A stretch of 64,000 nt of DNA from an uncultured Gemmatimonadales bacterium (GCA_963823035.1 CAWGKG010000004.1:192001-256000); one strand, 5' to 3'. Shown: positions 45,572 through 58,163, numbered from the stretch's first letter. The notes: a model not told the origin generated them from the sequence alone. Translations and numbers: made by a program.

Positions 45572-48285
45572 TCAGCGGCGCCTTCCCTCGGACGCGCCCG
45601 TACTGTCGGCGGAGGCGGGCTTCGTCCAGAAGCCCGGGGTACCCGTCGCCCCCCGCGCCACCGGTCCGTGGAACAACGCGCTGTTGAAGAGCACCCGGAA
45701 CGTGCCCCACGGCTGGCCGCGCCATTGCGGTCGGAAGCCGATCAGCAGGACGTGCCCGTCGCCGTGGTGGACGTCGACCGCCGCCGCCTGTCCCTGGAGG
45801 TGCGTCTCGCCCAGGAGGTAGCCGGACATCAGGGGTGAGCCCTCCTTGGCGTAGCTCGGCCAGCACCGATCCCTCGAAGCCGTCCTCCGTCGTGAACACC
45901 GGGCTGCGGTCGAAGAAGATCGCCGCGTTCGCGGGCATCCCGGACATCACGGGGTGGGCCGTATCCACCTGCACACGGAGGATCGACCCGCTCGAGAAGA
46001 AGGCGTCGCTCCGCATCCCGCGCACGATGTCGGTGACCGGAAGGTGCAGCTCGTCGATGCACAGGTCGCTCGACTGGTTGAGGCACACCAGCGTTCCGCC
46101 GGCGCGCACGAAGGCGTCCAGGGCACGGATCCCCTCGTCCCCGAGGCCACCGGCGTAGCGGGCCGGGACGGTGCCTGTCCCGTAGCCCGCCGCGCATGGA
46201 GCCGGCCCGCTCCGAGGGCAGCACGATCACGTCGTAGCGCTCGCGCAGATCGCCCGCGCGCACGTCCGCGTCGTACACGTTCGTGAAGCGGAACCGATAG
46301 CGCTCGAAGAGCCACCGGCTCCACCCCTCGTCCATGCTCGCCGTCCACGGCCGGTAGAGCGCGAGGCGGGGACGCGGAAGCTCGGCGCCCTGGCTCGATC
46401 CGCGTGTCGCCTGCAGCGCCAGCTTCGTGGCCAGGTCGCGGGCGGTCGCGTCGCCCAGTCCCGTCACGACGTACGCTCCGCCTCCGTTCGCAGTCCAGCG
46501 CACGTTCGCGCCCGCGTCCCAGGCTTCGTTCAGGGCGCGGAAGCTGTTGTTCTGCGCGGGGTCGAGCCGCAGGGCGCCGCCTCCCCCGGTGATCCGTCCC
46601 TCCGGCGGTCGGATGGCGGCCGCGACCGGGTTGTCGTCGAAGCCCGGGCCCGGCGCGACGTCGAAGGGAGAGGCGTCCTCCACGTCGGCGTCCCAGGCGA
46701 CCGCGTCGCCCTCGAGCGGGTCGAGCGCCGCGCGCTCTTCGTCGGTGAGCGGTTGGGTCGCCTCGATCACGCGCACGCCCATCTGGAAGGGAAGCGTCCA
46801 CCCGGCGGCGTCGTACGGCTGTTCGGGCGGACCCTCGGGGTACTCCCGCAGGTCCGGGTAGGTCTGCACCTCCAACACCTGGCGGGCGAGCTCGGCGTAG
46901 GGCTGGTCCATGGGCACGACCCAGGTGCCGACCGGATACGTCAGTCCCTCGTGCTCGAGCTCGGAGGCGAGCCGGCTCACGCGGATCCCGTTGTACGCGA
47001 GGCGGCGTAGGAGCTCCACGGCGGCCACCGGGTCGCGCTGGTCACGCGGCACGAAGTACGCGTAGGGAGGACCGGCCCGGTAGCGCGCGATCACGTCGCG
47101 CCCCGACTGGTACCGGTTGTAGAGCAGGTCCTCCCGGTACTTGGCGGCGTAGTCGAGCACGGCGATCGAGGCGACGTGCATGTAGCGAACGGCGTCACCC
47201 AGCCGCCACCACCCTCCCGTCCACGGGCTGGAGTAGAGCGGCTGCGGTCGCAGGTCGCGCATCCCGGGCGGGAAGTCCGAGAGCGTGTAGAAGTGCGGGG
47301 TCGCGTAGCGGTAGAGCGCCGTCTCCGTCCAGAAGGCCGCCTGGTTCTGGAGCATCGGCATGTAGTCGACGTAGCCGGGATACCAGGCGTCGAAGCCGGT
47401 GCCCATGTGCGTGGCGCCGGGCAGCCCCCTCGACTCGAGCATCTGCGCGATCGTCATGCCGATCGTATTCACCTCGCGGGACATGAGCGCCGGCACGCGG
47501 GGCGCGATCGGGTCGGCGAAGGGCGGCAGCCAGATGCGCGTGGGGAAGGGGGAGCTCTGGTGGTGCACGTAGATGATCTGCGGCTCCCAGTACCGCCAGG
47601 TCCGCTCCAGCGTGCGCGACTCGATCATGTTGAGCATGTACGCGTCGCGGTTGTTGTCGTGGCCGATGTACTTCTGCTAGAGCATCGGCATGGGCGCGAC
47701 CTCGTACGGCGTGCCGACGTTCTCGGCGTACCAGTCCGCGACGATGGTCTGCCCGTCGGGGTTCAGCGAAGGCCACAGCGCGACGATCACGTTGTCCCGG
47801 ATGGCCTGGATGCGCGGCTCCTCGCTCGAAGCCAGCTCGTAGGCGAGGCCGATCGTGTGCTGGGCGCCGGCGACCTCGGAGGCGTGCAGCCCACCCGAGA
47901 TGTCGACGATCGCCCGACCCTCGTGGGCCAGCGCGCGCGCGGCCTCGTCGCCGAGTCCTTCGGGGTCGGCCAGGCGCAGCGCGATCTCGCGGTTTCGCTC
48001 GAGCGCCATGAGGTTCTCGCGCGACGAGATCAGGGCGAGGTACCAGTCGCGCCCGAAGGAGGTCTTCCCGACCTTCACGAGCATCACCCGGTCGCTCGCG
48101 GCGTCCAGTGCCCGGAAGTACGCGATCGACTGCTCGTAGGTGGCCAGGTGGAAGTCGGCGCCGGGCTCGAAGCCCAGCACGGACGCGGGGGTGGGCACCG
48201 TCTGGGCGTGCACGACGGGCGTGGCGGCGGCCATGAGGGCCGCCACGAGGGCACAACGGAAGAGCGATCGCACGGGTTGCGGCAT
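45572..48285 (-). CDS. Secreted M14 zinc carboxypeptidase family protein with C-terminal GATase-like region (frameshifted)
   Basis: Signal ending VVHAQ; GGLHASE (HxxE), PSLNPDG, DNNRD, YVHHQ; SMDEGWSRWLFE. Confidence 0.85.
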
Positions 48286-48429
48286 CCGGCTCGGTTGAGC
48301 GGTGGTCCCACGGTACGGGGACATCCCGGCGAATATGGCCGTCCCCCGGGGGGATCCGCCACCTGCGATGCCGCGTGGCCGCGTGCTTGCCGCCACGCTT
48401 CCCGTGCCGGCCCCTCGGATGCCTCCGGC

Positions 48430-49563
48430 CTAGATCGCGCCGACCGCCCGCATCCCCCTGAGCGCGTCGGCCCAACGACCCATCTCCTCGGGGAGGCCGA
48501 ACGACACCCGGTTCCAGTCGGTCATGGGCGGGAAGGGTCGGCCGACGCGCACGCCCCGCTCGCGCATCGCATCGATGTAGGCCGGCAGCTCGCCATGGAT
48601 GCGGTGCATGATGAAGTTGGTCTGCGTCGGGATGTACTCGAGCCCGAGCTGGTCGAGCGTGGCCGTCGCGATGTCCTTCGCCTGGGTGTTCACGCCGACG
48701 CTCCGCTCCATGAGCCCGTCGTCGGCCAGCGACGCGATGCCCGCCGCGCACGCGAGCACGTTCGTGTTGCTGTTCGCCATGAAGGCGGAGAGCTTCCGCG
48801 CCGTCTGGGGGTGGGCGATCCCGTAGCCCAACCGGAGCCCGGCCATCCCGAAGATCTTCGAGAAGGTGCGCACCACGACGACATTGGGCTTCGCGTCGAT
48901 CCACTTCATCGCGGTCCAGTACGTCGGATGGTCCGCGTACTCGAAGTACGCCTCGTCCACGAGGAAGGTGGTGGTCTCGGGCGCGTCCGCGATCCACGCG
49001 TCCACGTCACGGGACGGCGTGACCGTGCCCGTCGGGTTGTTCGGGTTGCAGATGTACACCACCGAGGGCCCGCTCCCGGCGGCCTCGCGCATGCGGCCCA
49101 GGTCGTGGGCGCGCGCGGCGTCCAGGGGAATCGCCTTCAGGGCGTAGGGGAACGGACGCTGGTAGCGCGGAACGTCCTCGAACGTGGGCTCGGCGATCAC
49201 CATCGGCACGCCGTCGCGGTGGTACGCCTGGACGGCCATCTGGAGGACCTCGGTCGAGCCCGCGCCCATGACCAGGTTCTCCTCCTTCACGCCCAGGTGC
49301 CGGGCCAGGGCCTCGACCACCGGGGCTTTCCACTCGCCGGGATAGCGGTTGGCGTCGACGATCGCGTCGATCACGCCCTGGCGTGCGGCGGGAGACAGGC
49401 CGAGGGGGTTCTCGTTCGAGCTGAGGCGGACGGTGCCGTCCGGGAGGGTCTTGCCGACCCGCCAGAGGTCGGACCGCCCGAAGGCTCCAGCGACGCCGCC
49501 GGCCGAGGTGAGACCGGCGAGGCCGGCAGCCATTCCCGCAGTGACGAAGCCTCGGCGATCCAT
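48430..49563 (-). CDS. HisC-like PLP aminotransferase with Tat signal
   Basis: MDRRGFV signal; RLSSNENPLG, CNPNNPTG, VDEAY, RTFSKIFGMAGLRLGY. Confidence 0.88.
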   Translation of the reverse strand: MDRRGFVTAGMAAGLAGLTSAGGVAGAFGRSDLWRVGKTLPDGTVRLSSNENPLGLSPAARQGVIDAIVDANRYPGEWKAPVVEALARHLGVKEENLVMGAGSTEVLQMAVQAYHRDGVPMVIAEPTFEDVPRYQRPFPYALKAIPLDAARAHDLGRMREAAGSGPSVVYICNPNNPTGTVTPSRDVDAWIADAPETTTFLVDEAYFEYADHPTYWTAMKWIDAKPNVVVVRTFSKIFGMAGLRLGYGIAHPQTARKLSAFMANSNTNVLACAAGIASLADDGLMERSVGVNTQAKDIATATLDQLGLEYIPTQTNFIMHRIHGELPAYIDAMRERGVRVGRPFPPMTDWNRVSFGLPEEMGRWADALRGMRAVGAI

Positions 49564-49764
49564 GTGCTCCTCCCGTGCTGGCGGTCGCGCGCCCGGAGCG
49601 GTCCGGCGGCCCCATGGGCGAGGAACGGGGCCCGAGGCCAATCTGCGCCGCGCCCCCCGGGATCGAAAGTCCCCGGCATCCGGGTTACGAAGTCCGTCCC
49701 CCGACGGCCGGCGCCGCTCGGCGCCCGTGCAGCTCCCTTCCATCCCCCGGTCGCAACGACCTCC

Positions 49765-51094
49765 ATGCTTCCGAAGATCGGCGCGCTCGCGCTCTTTCTG
49801 GCCCTGATCGCCTCGCCCGCGCCGGCCCTTCGGGCGCAGGCCCTTCCGGACGCCACGGTGCGCTACGAGGCGGACTTCCCGTCCGCGGCGTTCCACCGCG
49901 GGCGGCGCGAGGCCGTGATGGCCGCCCTCCCCCAGGGGTCCGTGGCGGTGGTCGTGGGCGGCGCCGAGCAGGGCGGCTCCATCGACGACCTGCACACCTT
50001 CGTGCAGAGCCCCGATCTCTACTACCTCACGGGGAACGAGGAGCCCGGCGCGTCGCTTCTTCTGGCGCCGGGTGGCGTGGAGATCGACGGCCGTAGGGTG
50101 CACGAGGTGTTGTTCGTGCCCCCGCGTTCTCCGGGGGAGGAGATCTGGCTGGGCCGGCGCTGGGGGCCGGAGCGGGCACAGCGCGAGCTGGGTGTCGAGC
50201 TCGCGCTCGACAACACCCGCTTCGCGGGCGTGGTGGGCGGTCTGATGTCGGACTCCACGTGCCACGTCCTGACCGCCTCCGACCCCACGCTGCGCGGGAC
50301 GCTCGACGCAGCTGCGCATGGTCAAGACGGAGGAGGAGCTCACGCTGCTCCGGCGCGCCGTCGACATCACCGACGACGCGCACGGCGAGGTCCTGCACGG
50401 GGTGCGCCCCGGGTGGGCCGAGTACGAGATCGAGGCGCTCCTGGAGTACACCTTCGCGCGCGAGGGCGCCGAGCGGCCCGGCTTCCCGTCGATCGTCGCG
50501 AGCGGAGAGAACGCCGTCCTCCTCCACTACGACACGAACCGACGCACCACGCGGCCCGGGGACCTGGTCGTGGTCGACATCGGCGCTTCGTATCACGGCT
50601 ACACCGCCGACGTCACCCGGACCTATCCGGTGGACGGCGCCTTCACGCCCGACCAGCGCCGGATCTACACCCTCGTGCTCGAGGCGCAGAAAGCCGCCAT
50701 CGACGCCGTGGAGGTCGGCGCGTCGTTCGGAGCCCCGGGGAACGCGGCGTCGAAGGTGCTGGCCCGCGGCCTGGCCGAGGTGGGTCTCATCCGGGACGCG
50801 CGCGACGTGGCGGGGCTCTCCCGCTTCTTCCCGCACGGCACCAGCCACTACCTGGGGCTCGAGGTGCACGACGTCGGCACGTACGGTCCGCTGGCGCCCG
50901 GTCAGGTCATCACGGTGGAGCCGGGCATCTACATCGCTCCGGCCGAGGACGTGGATCCGCGCTGGTGGAACATCGGCGTGCGCATCGAGGACGACGTGCT
51001 CGTCACCGATCAGGGACCCGTCGTGCTCTCCGCCGCCGCGGCCAAGGAGCCGGACGAGATCGAAGGCGCGATGCGCGCGTCGGTCACACGTTGA
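49765..51094 (+). CDS. pepP: Xaa-Pro aminopeptidase (M24B) with signal peptide, frameshift near 50310
   Basis: MLPKIGALALFLALIASPAPALRAQ; LYYLTG; LHY, VDIGA, ADVTRT, HGTSHYLGLEVHD, TVEPGIY, GVRIEDD. Confidence 0.9.
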
Positions 51095-52125
51095 AGCGGA
51101 TGTGCAGGATGTCGCCGTCGGCGACGATGTAGTCCTTCCCCTCGACCTGGAGGGCGCCGCTGTCGCGCACGGCCGACTCCGAGCCGTGCTCCATGAACAC
51201 GTCGTAGGGGATCACCTCCGCGCGGATGAACCCCCGCTCGAGGTCCGAGTGGATGCGCCCCGCCGACTGGCGCGCGTTCGCCCCGCGCCGGATCGGCCAC
51301 GCGCGTACCTCGTCCTCTCCCACGGTGAAGAAGGAGATGAGCTCCAGGAGCCCGTAGGCCGTGCGGATGAAGCGGGCGAGCGCGGACTCGCGCAGCCCGA
51401 GGTCCTCGAGGAAGGCCTCCTGCTCCTCGGCGTCGAGCGCCGCGATATCCGCCTCCACGCTGGCCGACAACGTCAGCCCGGCCGCGCCCATCGCCTCGAT
51501 GCGGGCGGCGAGCGCGGGGGAGAGCGGCTCGGACGCTTCGGTCTCGCTCCGGTTCAGCGCGACCAGGAGGGGGCGATCCGTGAGCAGGCCGTAGCCCTTG
51601 AGCAATCCGCGGTCCAGCGCCTCGGGGGAGAGCGTGCGAAGGGGCTTCTCCTCCTCGAGGGCGGTCTTCATCTCCTCGAATGCCGCGATCTCACGGGCGT
51701 CGCCGCGCTCCTTGCGCAGGCGCTCGATCCTGCGCTCGATGATCCCCAGGTCCGCGACGATGCACTCCAGGTGGAACGCCTCCAGGTCCCCGGCCGGATC
51801 GGGCGCACCCTCCACCGCCGGGTTCGCGAAGCCGCGCAGGACGAGGCAGAGCGCTTCCTGGTCGCGGATCTGTTGCAGTCCCTTCGCGGACAGCCCCTTC
51901 TTCTCGGAGCCGTGCTCACCGGGGACGTCGCAGAACGTCATCTCGGCGTACGTGGTCTTCTTCGGGGAGAAGATCTCCGAGAGGCGGTCGATGCGCGCGT
52001 CCGGCACCTTCACCGTGCCCAGACGCACCTCGCCTCCATAGCCCGACGGGAACGGAGAGCCCCGTCATGGCATTGAAGACGGTGGTCTTCCCGGAGCCGG
52101 CGAAGCCGACGAGTCCGATCTTCAC
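51084..52125 (-). CDS. ychF: Redox-regulated ATPase YchF (frameshift near 52040)
   Basis: MKIGLVGFAGSGKTT, VKVPDARI, ISFFTVGEDEVRAW, AGRIHSDLERGFIRAE, EGKDYIVADGD. Confidence 0.93.
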
Positions 52126-52155
52126 GATGCTTCCCCGCGCTCGGGACGTGAGTCG

Positions 52156-53456
52156 TCAGTCCGCCGCCGCCTGAGCGGGTCGCGTGAGGCGGGCTCGCGC
52201 CTTGGGCAGCCCCTCCCACTCGCGGTCCACGCGGTCGATGTAGACCGAGGCCGAGATGTCGCCGCACACGTTGAGCGTCGTACGGCACATGTCGAGGATC
52301 CGGTCGGCGCCCAGGATGATCGCGATCCCCGCCGGCGGCACGCCCACCGTGGCCATCACGAGCATCATGAGCGGGAGCGATCCGCCCGGCACGCCGGCCG
52401 CGCCCACGGCCGTGAGCACGGCCAGGACGACCACGACCATCTGTGTGGGGAGGCTCAGTCCGGCCCCGAACACCTGCGCCACGAAGAGGACGGTGACGCC
52501 CTCGTAGAGCGACGTCCCGTTCATGTTCATCGTAGCGCCGAGGGGGAGCACGAAGCCCGCGATCTTCGGCTGGACGTCCAACTCCTTCTCCGCGGTGGCG
52601 ATCGAGGTAGGCAGCGTCGCCATGCTCGACGAGGTCGAGAACGCCGTGATCATCGGCGCGGTCACGGACTTCCAGAAGGTGACCGGGCTCATCCTCCCGA
52701 AGACGCGCACGAGGGCGGAGATCCCGATCGTGGCGTGCAGGAAGAGGCCCAACACCACCACCACGATGTACAGGCTGAGCTGCTGCAGGATGGTCCAGCC
52801 GAATTGGGAGGTGATGCCGAAGATCAGGGCGAAGACGCCGTAGGGGGCGAGGTGCATGGCCATGTCGATGATCTTGATCACGGCTTCGCCCACCCCCTCG
52901 AGGACCGCGATGACGGGGTCCGCCTTCGCCTTGGGAATGAGCGTGAGCGCGGCGCCGAAGATCAGCGACGCGAAGATCAGGGCCAGCATGTCCATGTTGG
53001 CCGCGGCCTCGATCGGGTTGCGCGGCACGATGTTCACGAAGGTGGAGACGCCGAAGTCGGTCGGGCCCGACGTAACCAGCCCCTCGCCCGAGAAGCGGCT
53101 CATGAGCTCGTCGCGAACTTCAGCGGGCAGGCCGTCGCCCGGCCGGATCGTGTTGACGAGCGTGAGGCCGATGGTCGCCGCGATGAGCGTGGACATCAGG
53201 AAGTAGCCGAAGGTACGGCCGCCGAGACGCCCAGCGTCTTCATGTCGCCGATGCCCGCCACGCCCAGGGCGATCGACGTGAAGACGATGGGCACCACCGT
53301 CATGAACAGCATCCTGAGGAAGATCTGCCCGATCGGGTAGGCGACGTTGTCGGCGACCCACCGGACCCAGCTGGCGTCTCCGAAGAAGGCGTTGGTGAGG
53401 CTGCCCACCAGGGCGCCCAGCACCAGGCCCAGGGCGATCTTCGTATGTAGCTTCAA
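52156..53456 (-). CDS. DAACS family dicarboxylate/amino acid:cation symporter (frameshift near 53230)
   Basis: KLHTKIALGLVLG, FLRMLFMTVVP, AFSTSSSMATLP, LGATMNMNGT, GAAGVPGG, DRILDMCRT. Confidence 0.92.
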
Positions 53457-53634
53457 GGGTTGCTCCTCATCGGCGTATCCAGGGCGGCCGGAATATGGCC
53501 AGGGCGGGGACTGGCGCGCCACCTCGCGCGGCCCCCTTGCCTCGCCGCCTGTCGCGCTGCATCCATGTGCGCGCGGTCCGCCCCGGCTGGCGGGTCCGCG
53601 CACTCTCCGATCCCCTCCCGCCGGAGTCCCCCCC

Positions 53635-54636
53635 ATGAAGACGGCATTCCGCGTCGTCGTCGGCCTGTTCCTCCTCATCCTCGTGGGCGCGGGCGCCCTC
53701 TACGCCTGGGCCCGGCACGAGGACGACCAGCTCCTGTCCCGGACCATCGAGACACATCGGGTCGACTTCCCGATCCCGCTCCCGCTCACGTCGGAGGAGG
53801 TCGAGGCGGTGCGCGAGGAGCGGAGCGCCGCGGCCGAGCCCCCGCCCACGGACGCCGACCTGGCTGCCGCCGCGCGCGAGCGCGCCGTGGCGCGGGGGAG
53901 GCATCTCGTCGAGGCGCGCTACGGCTGCAGCGAGTGCCACGGCGCCAACTTCGGCGGCGGCGTGATGATCGACGACCCGATGATCGGGAGCCTCCTGGGT
54001 CCCAACATCACCAGCGGGGAGGGTGGCAGGACGGCCGCGTACGGGCCCTCCGATTGGGACCGGATCGTGCGGCACGGTGTCCGGCCAGACGGGACGCCGG
54101 CGGCCATGCCGTCCGAGGACTTCCGGGGGATGTCGGACCGCGAGCTCTCCGACATCGTCGCCTACATCCGGTCGCAGCCCCCCGTGAACGGGACCGTGAA
54201 GCCGGTGTCGCTCGGGCCGCTGGGCGCCGTGCTGCTCGCGCTGGGGCAGATCAAGCTGTCGGCGGACGTGATCCAGGACCACCGGCGACCCCACCTCGTG
54301 GAGCCGCCGCCGACCGAGGTCAGCCTGGAATTCGGCGAGCACCTGGCGAACACCTGCTCCGGGTGCCACCGGGCGGACTTCTCCGGCGGACCGGTCAAGG
54401 GTGGCGACCCGTCGTGGCCCCCGGCAGCCAACCTGACGTCGCATGCGGAAGGGCTGGCAGGGTGGACGTACGACCAGTTCGCCGCGACGCTGCGGACAGG
54501 GAAGCGCCCGGACGGCACCGACCTGAAGTCGCCGATGTCGGGGATGGTCGTGGCGGCCCAGCGCATGACCGACGTGGAGCTCCAGGCCATCTGGGCGTAC
54601 CTGCAGTCCCTCCCGCCCGAACCGAGCGGGCGCTGA
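53635..54636 (+). CDS. Membrane-anchored diheme c-type cytochrome
   Basis: N-terminal TM; CSECH and CSGCH heme motifs, each followed by NIT/NLT and a Met-containing segment. Confidence 0.88.
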   Translation: MKTAFRVVVGLFLLILVGAGALYAWARHEDDQLLSRTIETHRVDFPIPLPLTSEEVEAVREERSAAAEPPPTDADLAAAARERAVARGRHLVEARYGCSECHGANFGGGVMIDDPMIGSLLGPNITSGEGGRTAAYGPSDWDRIVRHGVRPDGTPAAMPSEDFRGMSDRELSDIVAYIRSQPPVNGTVKPVSLGPLGAVLLALGQIKLSADVIQDHRRPHLVEPPPTEVSLEFGEHLANTCSGCHRADFSGGPVKGGDPSWPPAANLTSHAEGLAGWTYDQFAATLRTGKRPDGTDLKSPMSGMVVAAQRMTDVELQAIWAYLQSLPPEPSGR

Positions 54637-54674
54637 GCGGCGATCCGGCGGGTCGGGATCGCCCCCGCGTCGCG

Positions 54675-56763
54675 TCAGCGACCCGAGGGCTCGATCCCGG
54701 CCCGCTCGATGACGTCGCCCTCCAGCACGGCGTCCACCACGTCCATCCCGTCGGCGACCACGCCCAGGATCGTGTAGTCGTGGTCGAGGCGCACGTTGTC
54801 CACGAGGTTGACGTAGATCTGCCCGTCGCCCGTGTCGCGGCCCCGTGTCGAGACGCCCACGGTGCCGCGCCACTGCACGACCTGGCCGACCTCGTCGCGC
54901 GTGAAGTCCCCGTGGCCCCCGTACTCGTTGGCCAGCGGGCTGCCGCCCTGGATCACGAAGTTGGGCACCACCCGGTGGAAGCCGAGCCCGTCCAGGTCGC
55001 CCCGTCGCGCCATCTCGAAGAGGCGAAAAGCGTTGGTGGGGGCTTCGTACGGCGTCAGGCGGATGCGTACCTCGCCCCCGCGCCGCATGTGCAGGACCAC
55101 GTCGCTCGAGGCCATCGCGCGCAGCTCCCCGGGCGTAGGCAGCGGGAGGCGCGGCCGGCGGCGCGCCGCGCCCAGGTAGGGCTGCCACGTCCACGCGCTC
55201 AGCACCTCCGCGGCTCGGTCGGCGACCTCCCCGTCGAAGTCGTAGAGGAAGGGGTCGAGCGCCGGCGCGGATCGCTCGTCGCCCAGGAGGCCCACGAGGT
55301 CGAGGAGGGCGAGGCGCGCGTCGCGAAGCGTCTCGGAGCCGGTCTTCCGGAGACGGTCCAACGTGCCGACCGCCGCGGCGATGGCCCGCTCCACGGAGTC
55401 GGTCGCGGCCAGGTGGGGCACCACCGCCAGGAGGACCTGCGGCGCGTCGTCCGTGGCGAGCGCCTGGAGAAGCGCACCGTCCGCCCGACGGCCCGCGACC
55501 GTGGCCAGGCCGTCGAGCGCCGCGGCGCGCGTGTTCGCGTCCGGGTCCGACGCCAGGGTCCGTAGCACCGTCCGGTCGCCGACGAGCGTCGCGGCCCGCG
55601 CGGCCCAGGTGCGTACGAAGGGGTTCGGATGGGAGGCGTGCGGGCCCAGGAGCGGCGAGGCACGGCGGCGGTCGAGGGAGGCCAGAGCCACGAGGGCGTG
55701 GGCCGAGGTGTGCCACGCCGCGTCGGCGCCCTTCTCGAGCGAGGATGCCGCTCCGGAGAGCATGCCCGCCGGATCGGGGCCGGCGAGGCAGGGCACCGCG
55801 AGGGCGTCGATCGCCGCGAGGCGGACGTGCGGGTCGGGGTCTCCGGCCGCGTGGGTTTCGAGGCGGGCGCACACCGACCGCTCGCGCGCCGAGGCCGCCA
55901 GCGCCCGTACCCCCTCCAGGCGTACCTGCGCCGAGGGATCGCCGAGCGCGCGGTCGACGAGCGCGTCCGAGGCCGATCCCGAGCGCGCGAGCTGCGCGGC
56001 GGCCACGCGGCGCACGCGCGCGTCCGCGTCGTCGAGGGCGGCCCCGGTCGCCGCGGGCCCGAGCGCCCGCGCTCCGGACAGGGCGAGGAGCGCCACCTCT
56101 CGCACGCGCGCCGCCGCCGCGTCCTCGGCGCCTCCCGGTCCCCGGTAGCGCGCCGCCTCCTGGAGTCGCAGCAGGACGGCGCCGGCCACCGCGCCCCGTC
56201 GCAGGCGCACGGTCGACTCCATCCCCAGCACCGCGCCGGTGAGCTGCACGGCGGGCGGCCACCCGCCATCCGCCGCGCGGGCGACGGCGATCAGCGCGCG
56301 ATCCCGGTGGCCTTCCCGGGCGTCGTCCAGGCGGATGCGACCGATCGATCGAGCGAGCGCGCCGAGCACCGCCGGGTCCTCCTCGACGCGTGCCCTCGCG
56401 ACCAGCGCGTCGAGCGCCGCACCACCGGGCCGGCCCTGGTAGGCCTGCGCCAGCGCGTTGGCCGCCTCGGCACGCACCCGGCGGTCGCGGTCGGCGAGGA
56501 GCGGGCGGATCCCGTCGGCCACGGCCGGATCCTCCAGGCGGCCGAGCGCGCGCACGCCGGCGAGCCGCAGCTGAGGCGAGGGCCGGCGTGTCGCATCCAC
56601 GAGCGTCTCGAGGCGGGCGCCCCCTGCGGGACGGGTGTCCTCCGCGGCGACGACGCGGAGGAAGTCGCGCGCGGCGACGTCGCCACGTCCCTCGTCGGGC
56701 GCGCGGCAGCCGGACGAGGTCGCGACCGCCACGAGACCGAAGACGAGCGCATCGGGCCCTCAT
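54675..56763 (-). CDS. HEAT-repeat protein with C-terminal cyclophilin-type PPIase, likely lipoprotein
   Basis: SSGC lipobox-like; repeated VRAEAANAL/VRRVAA/VRLAAIDAL; FHRVVPNFVIQGG, RGTVG, DTGDGQ, YTILGVV..GMDVV. Confidence 0.85.
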
Positions 56764-58163
56764 GCGCCCGCCACCGGCGTGTAGCAGGGAGCGAACCGCG
56801 CGGTGAAGTGTCGGAGCACGGGAGCCTGTTCCACGAAGCGGAAGCCCCCGATCGCCTCGCGGCGGTCGAAGACGTCCAGGGTGACGTCCACCAGATAGTC
56901 GATCTGGCTCTTGGTGTACACGCGGCGCGGAATCGCCAGACGCACGAGCTCCATCTTCGCCGTGCTCTCCTCTCCGGTGTCGGGATCGCGGCGACCGAAC
57001 ATGGCGGTGCCGATCTCCACCGCGCGAATGCCGCCCTCCAGGTAGAGCTCGGCGACCACGGCCTGGCCGGGGAGGTCGAGGGGCGGGACGTGCGGGAGGA
57101 ACGCGGCCGCGTCGATGTACACGGCGTGCCCGCCCGGTGGCTGGACGATCGGCACCCCCCCGTTCGTGAGGTGCTCGCCCAGGTAGCGTGCCACCTCGAT
57201 CCGGTAGGTGAGGTAGTCCTCGTGCAGGACCTCCTCCAGCCCGATCGCGATGGCGTCGAGGTCGCGCCCGGCCATGCCGCCGTACGTGGGGAACCCCTCC
57301 GTGAGGATCAGGAGGTTCTCCTCCTGGAGCGAGAGGGCGTCGTCGTTCGTGCACAGGAAGCCCCCGATGTTGGCGAGCCCGTCCTTCTTCGCCGACATGG
57401 TGCAGCCGTCCACGAGCGAGAACATCTCGCGGGCGATCTCCTTGACCGGCCTGTCGGCGTAGCCTTCCTCGCGCGTCTTGATGAAGAAGGCGTTCTCCGC
57501 GAAGCGGCACGCATCCAGGTAGAAGGGGATCCCGTGGCGACGGCAGACGTCGCGCACGGCGCGGATGTTCGCCATCGACACGGGCTGACCGCCGCCGGTG
57601 TTGTTCGTGACCGTGAGCATGCAGATCGGCACGCGCTCGGCGCCGACCTCCTCGATGAGCGCCTCCAGGCGCGCGACGTCCATGTTCCCCTTGAAGGGGT
57701 GTGGCTCCGAGTGCCTGAGCCCCTCCGCGACCGGGAGGTCAACGGCCTTCGCGCCGGTCGCCTCGATGTTGGCCCGTGTCGTGTCGAAATGCGTGTTGTT
57801 CGGCACGACGTGGCCCGGCCTGCACACGGTGCTGAAGAGGATCCGCTCGGCGGCGCGTCCCTGGTGGGTGGGGATCACGTGCTCGAAGCCGAAGATGTCC
57901 TTCACGGCGGCCTCGAAGCGATACCACGAGCGACTGCCGGCGTACGCCTCGTCGCCTCGCATGATCGCCGCCCACTGCTCCGCGCTCATGGCGCTGGTGC
58001 CCGAGTCGGTGAGCAGGTCGATGAGCACGTCGTCGGCCCGCAGCTTGAAGACGTTCCACCCGGCCTCGACGATATAGCCCAGCCGCTCCTCCGGAGAGGT
58101 CATGCGGATGGGCTCGACCACCTTGATGCGGAACGGCTCGATGATCCTCGGACTGCGGCTCAC
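56760..58163 (-). CDS. tnaA: Tryptophanase
   Basis: EPFRIKVVEPI, IDLLTDSGT, THQGRAAE, MSAKKD (PLP Lys), EGFPTYGG, VEIG and LRHFTA (tryptophanase-type rather than TPL). Confidence 0.88.
   Translation of the reverse strand: MSRSPRIIEPFRIKVVEPIRMTSPEERLGYIVEAGWNVFKLRADDVLIDLLTDSGTSAMSAEQWAAIMRGDEAYAGSRSWYRFEAAVKDIFGFEHVIPTHQGRAAERILFSTVCRPGHVVPNNTHFDTTRANIEATGAKAVDLPVAEGLRHSEPHPFKGNMDVARLEALIEEVGAERVPICMLTVTNNTGGGQPVSMANIRAVRDVCRRHGIPFYLDACRFAENAFFIKTREEGYADRPVKEIAREMFSLVDGCTMSAKKDGLANIGGFLCTNDDALSLQEENLLILTEGFPTYGGMAGRDLDAIAIGLEEVLHEDYLTYRIEVARYLGEHLTNGGVPIVQPPGGHAVYIDAAAFLPHVPPLDLPGQAVVAELYLEGGIRAVEIGTAMFGRRDPDTGEESTAKMELVRLAIPRRVYTKSQIDYLVDVTLDVFDRREAIGGFRFVEQAPVLRHFTARFAPCYTPVAGA

Noticed and set aside
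48376..48390. Sigma54-like TGGCCGCGTGCTTGC on the + strand
   Set aside because: Points antisense into the aminotransferase 3' end with no gene to drive; likely chance
56760..58163. Tyrosine phenol-lyase
   Set aside because: Has MSAKKD, VEIG and LRHFTA (tryptophanase-type), not MSGKKD, MERG and LRFFTA
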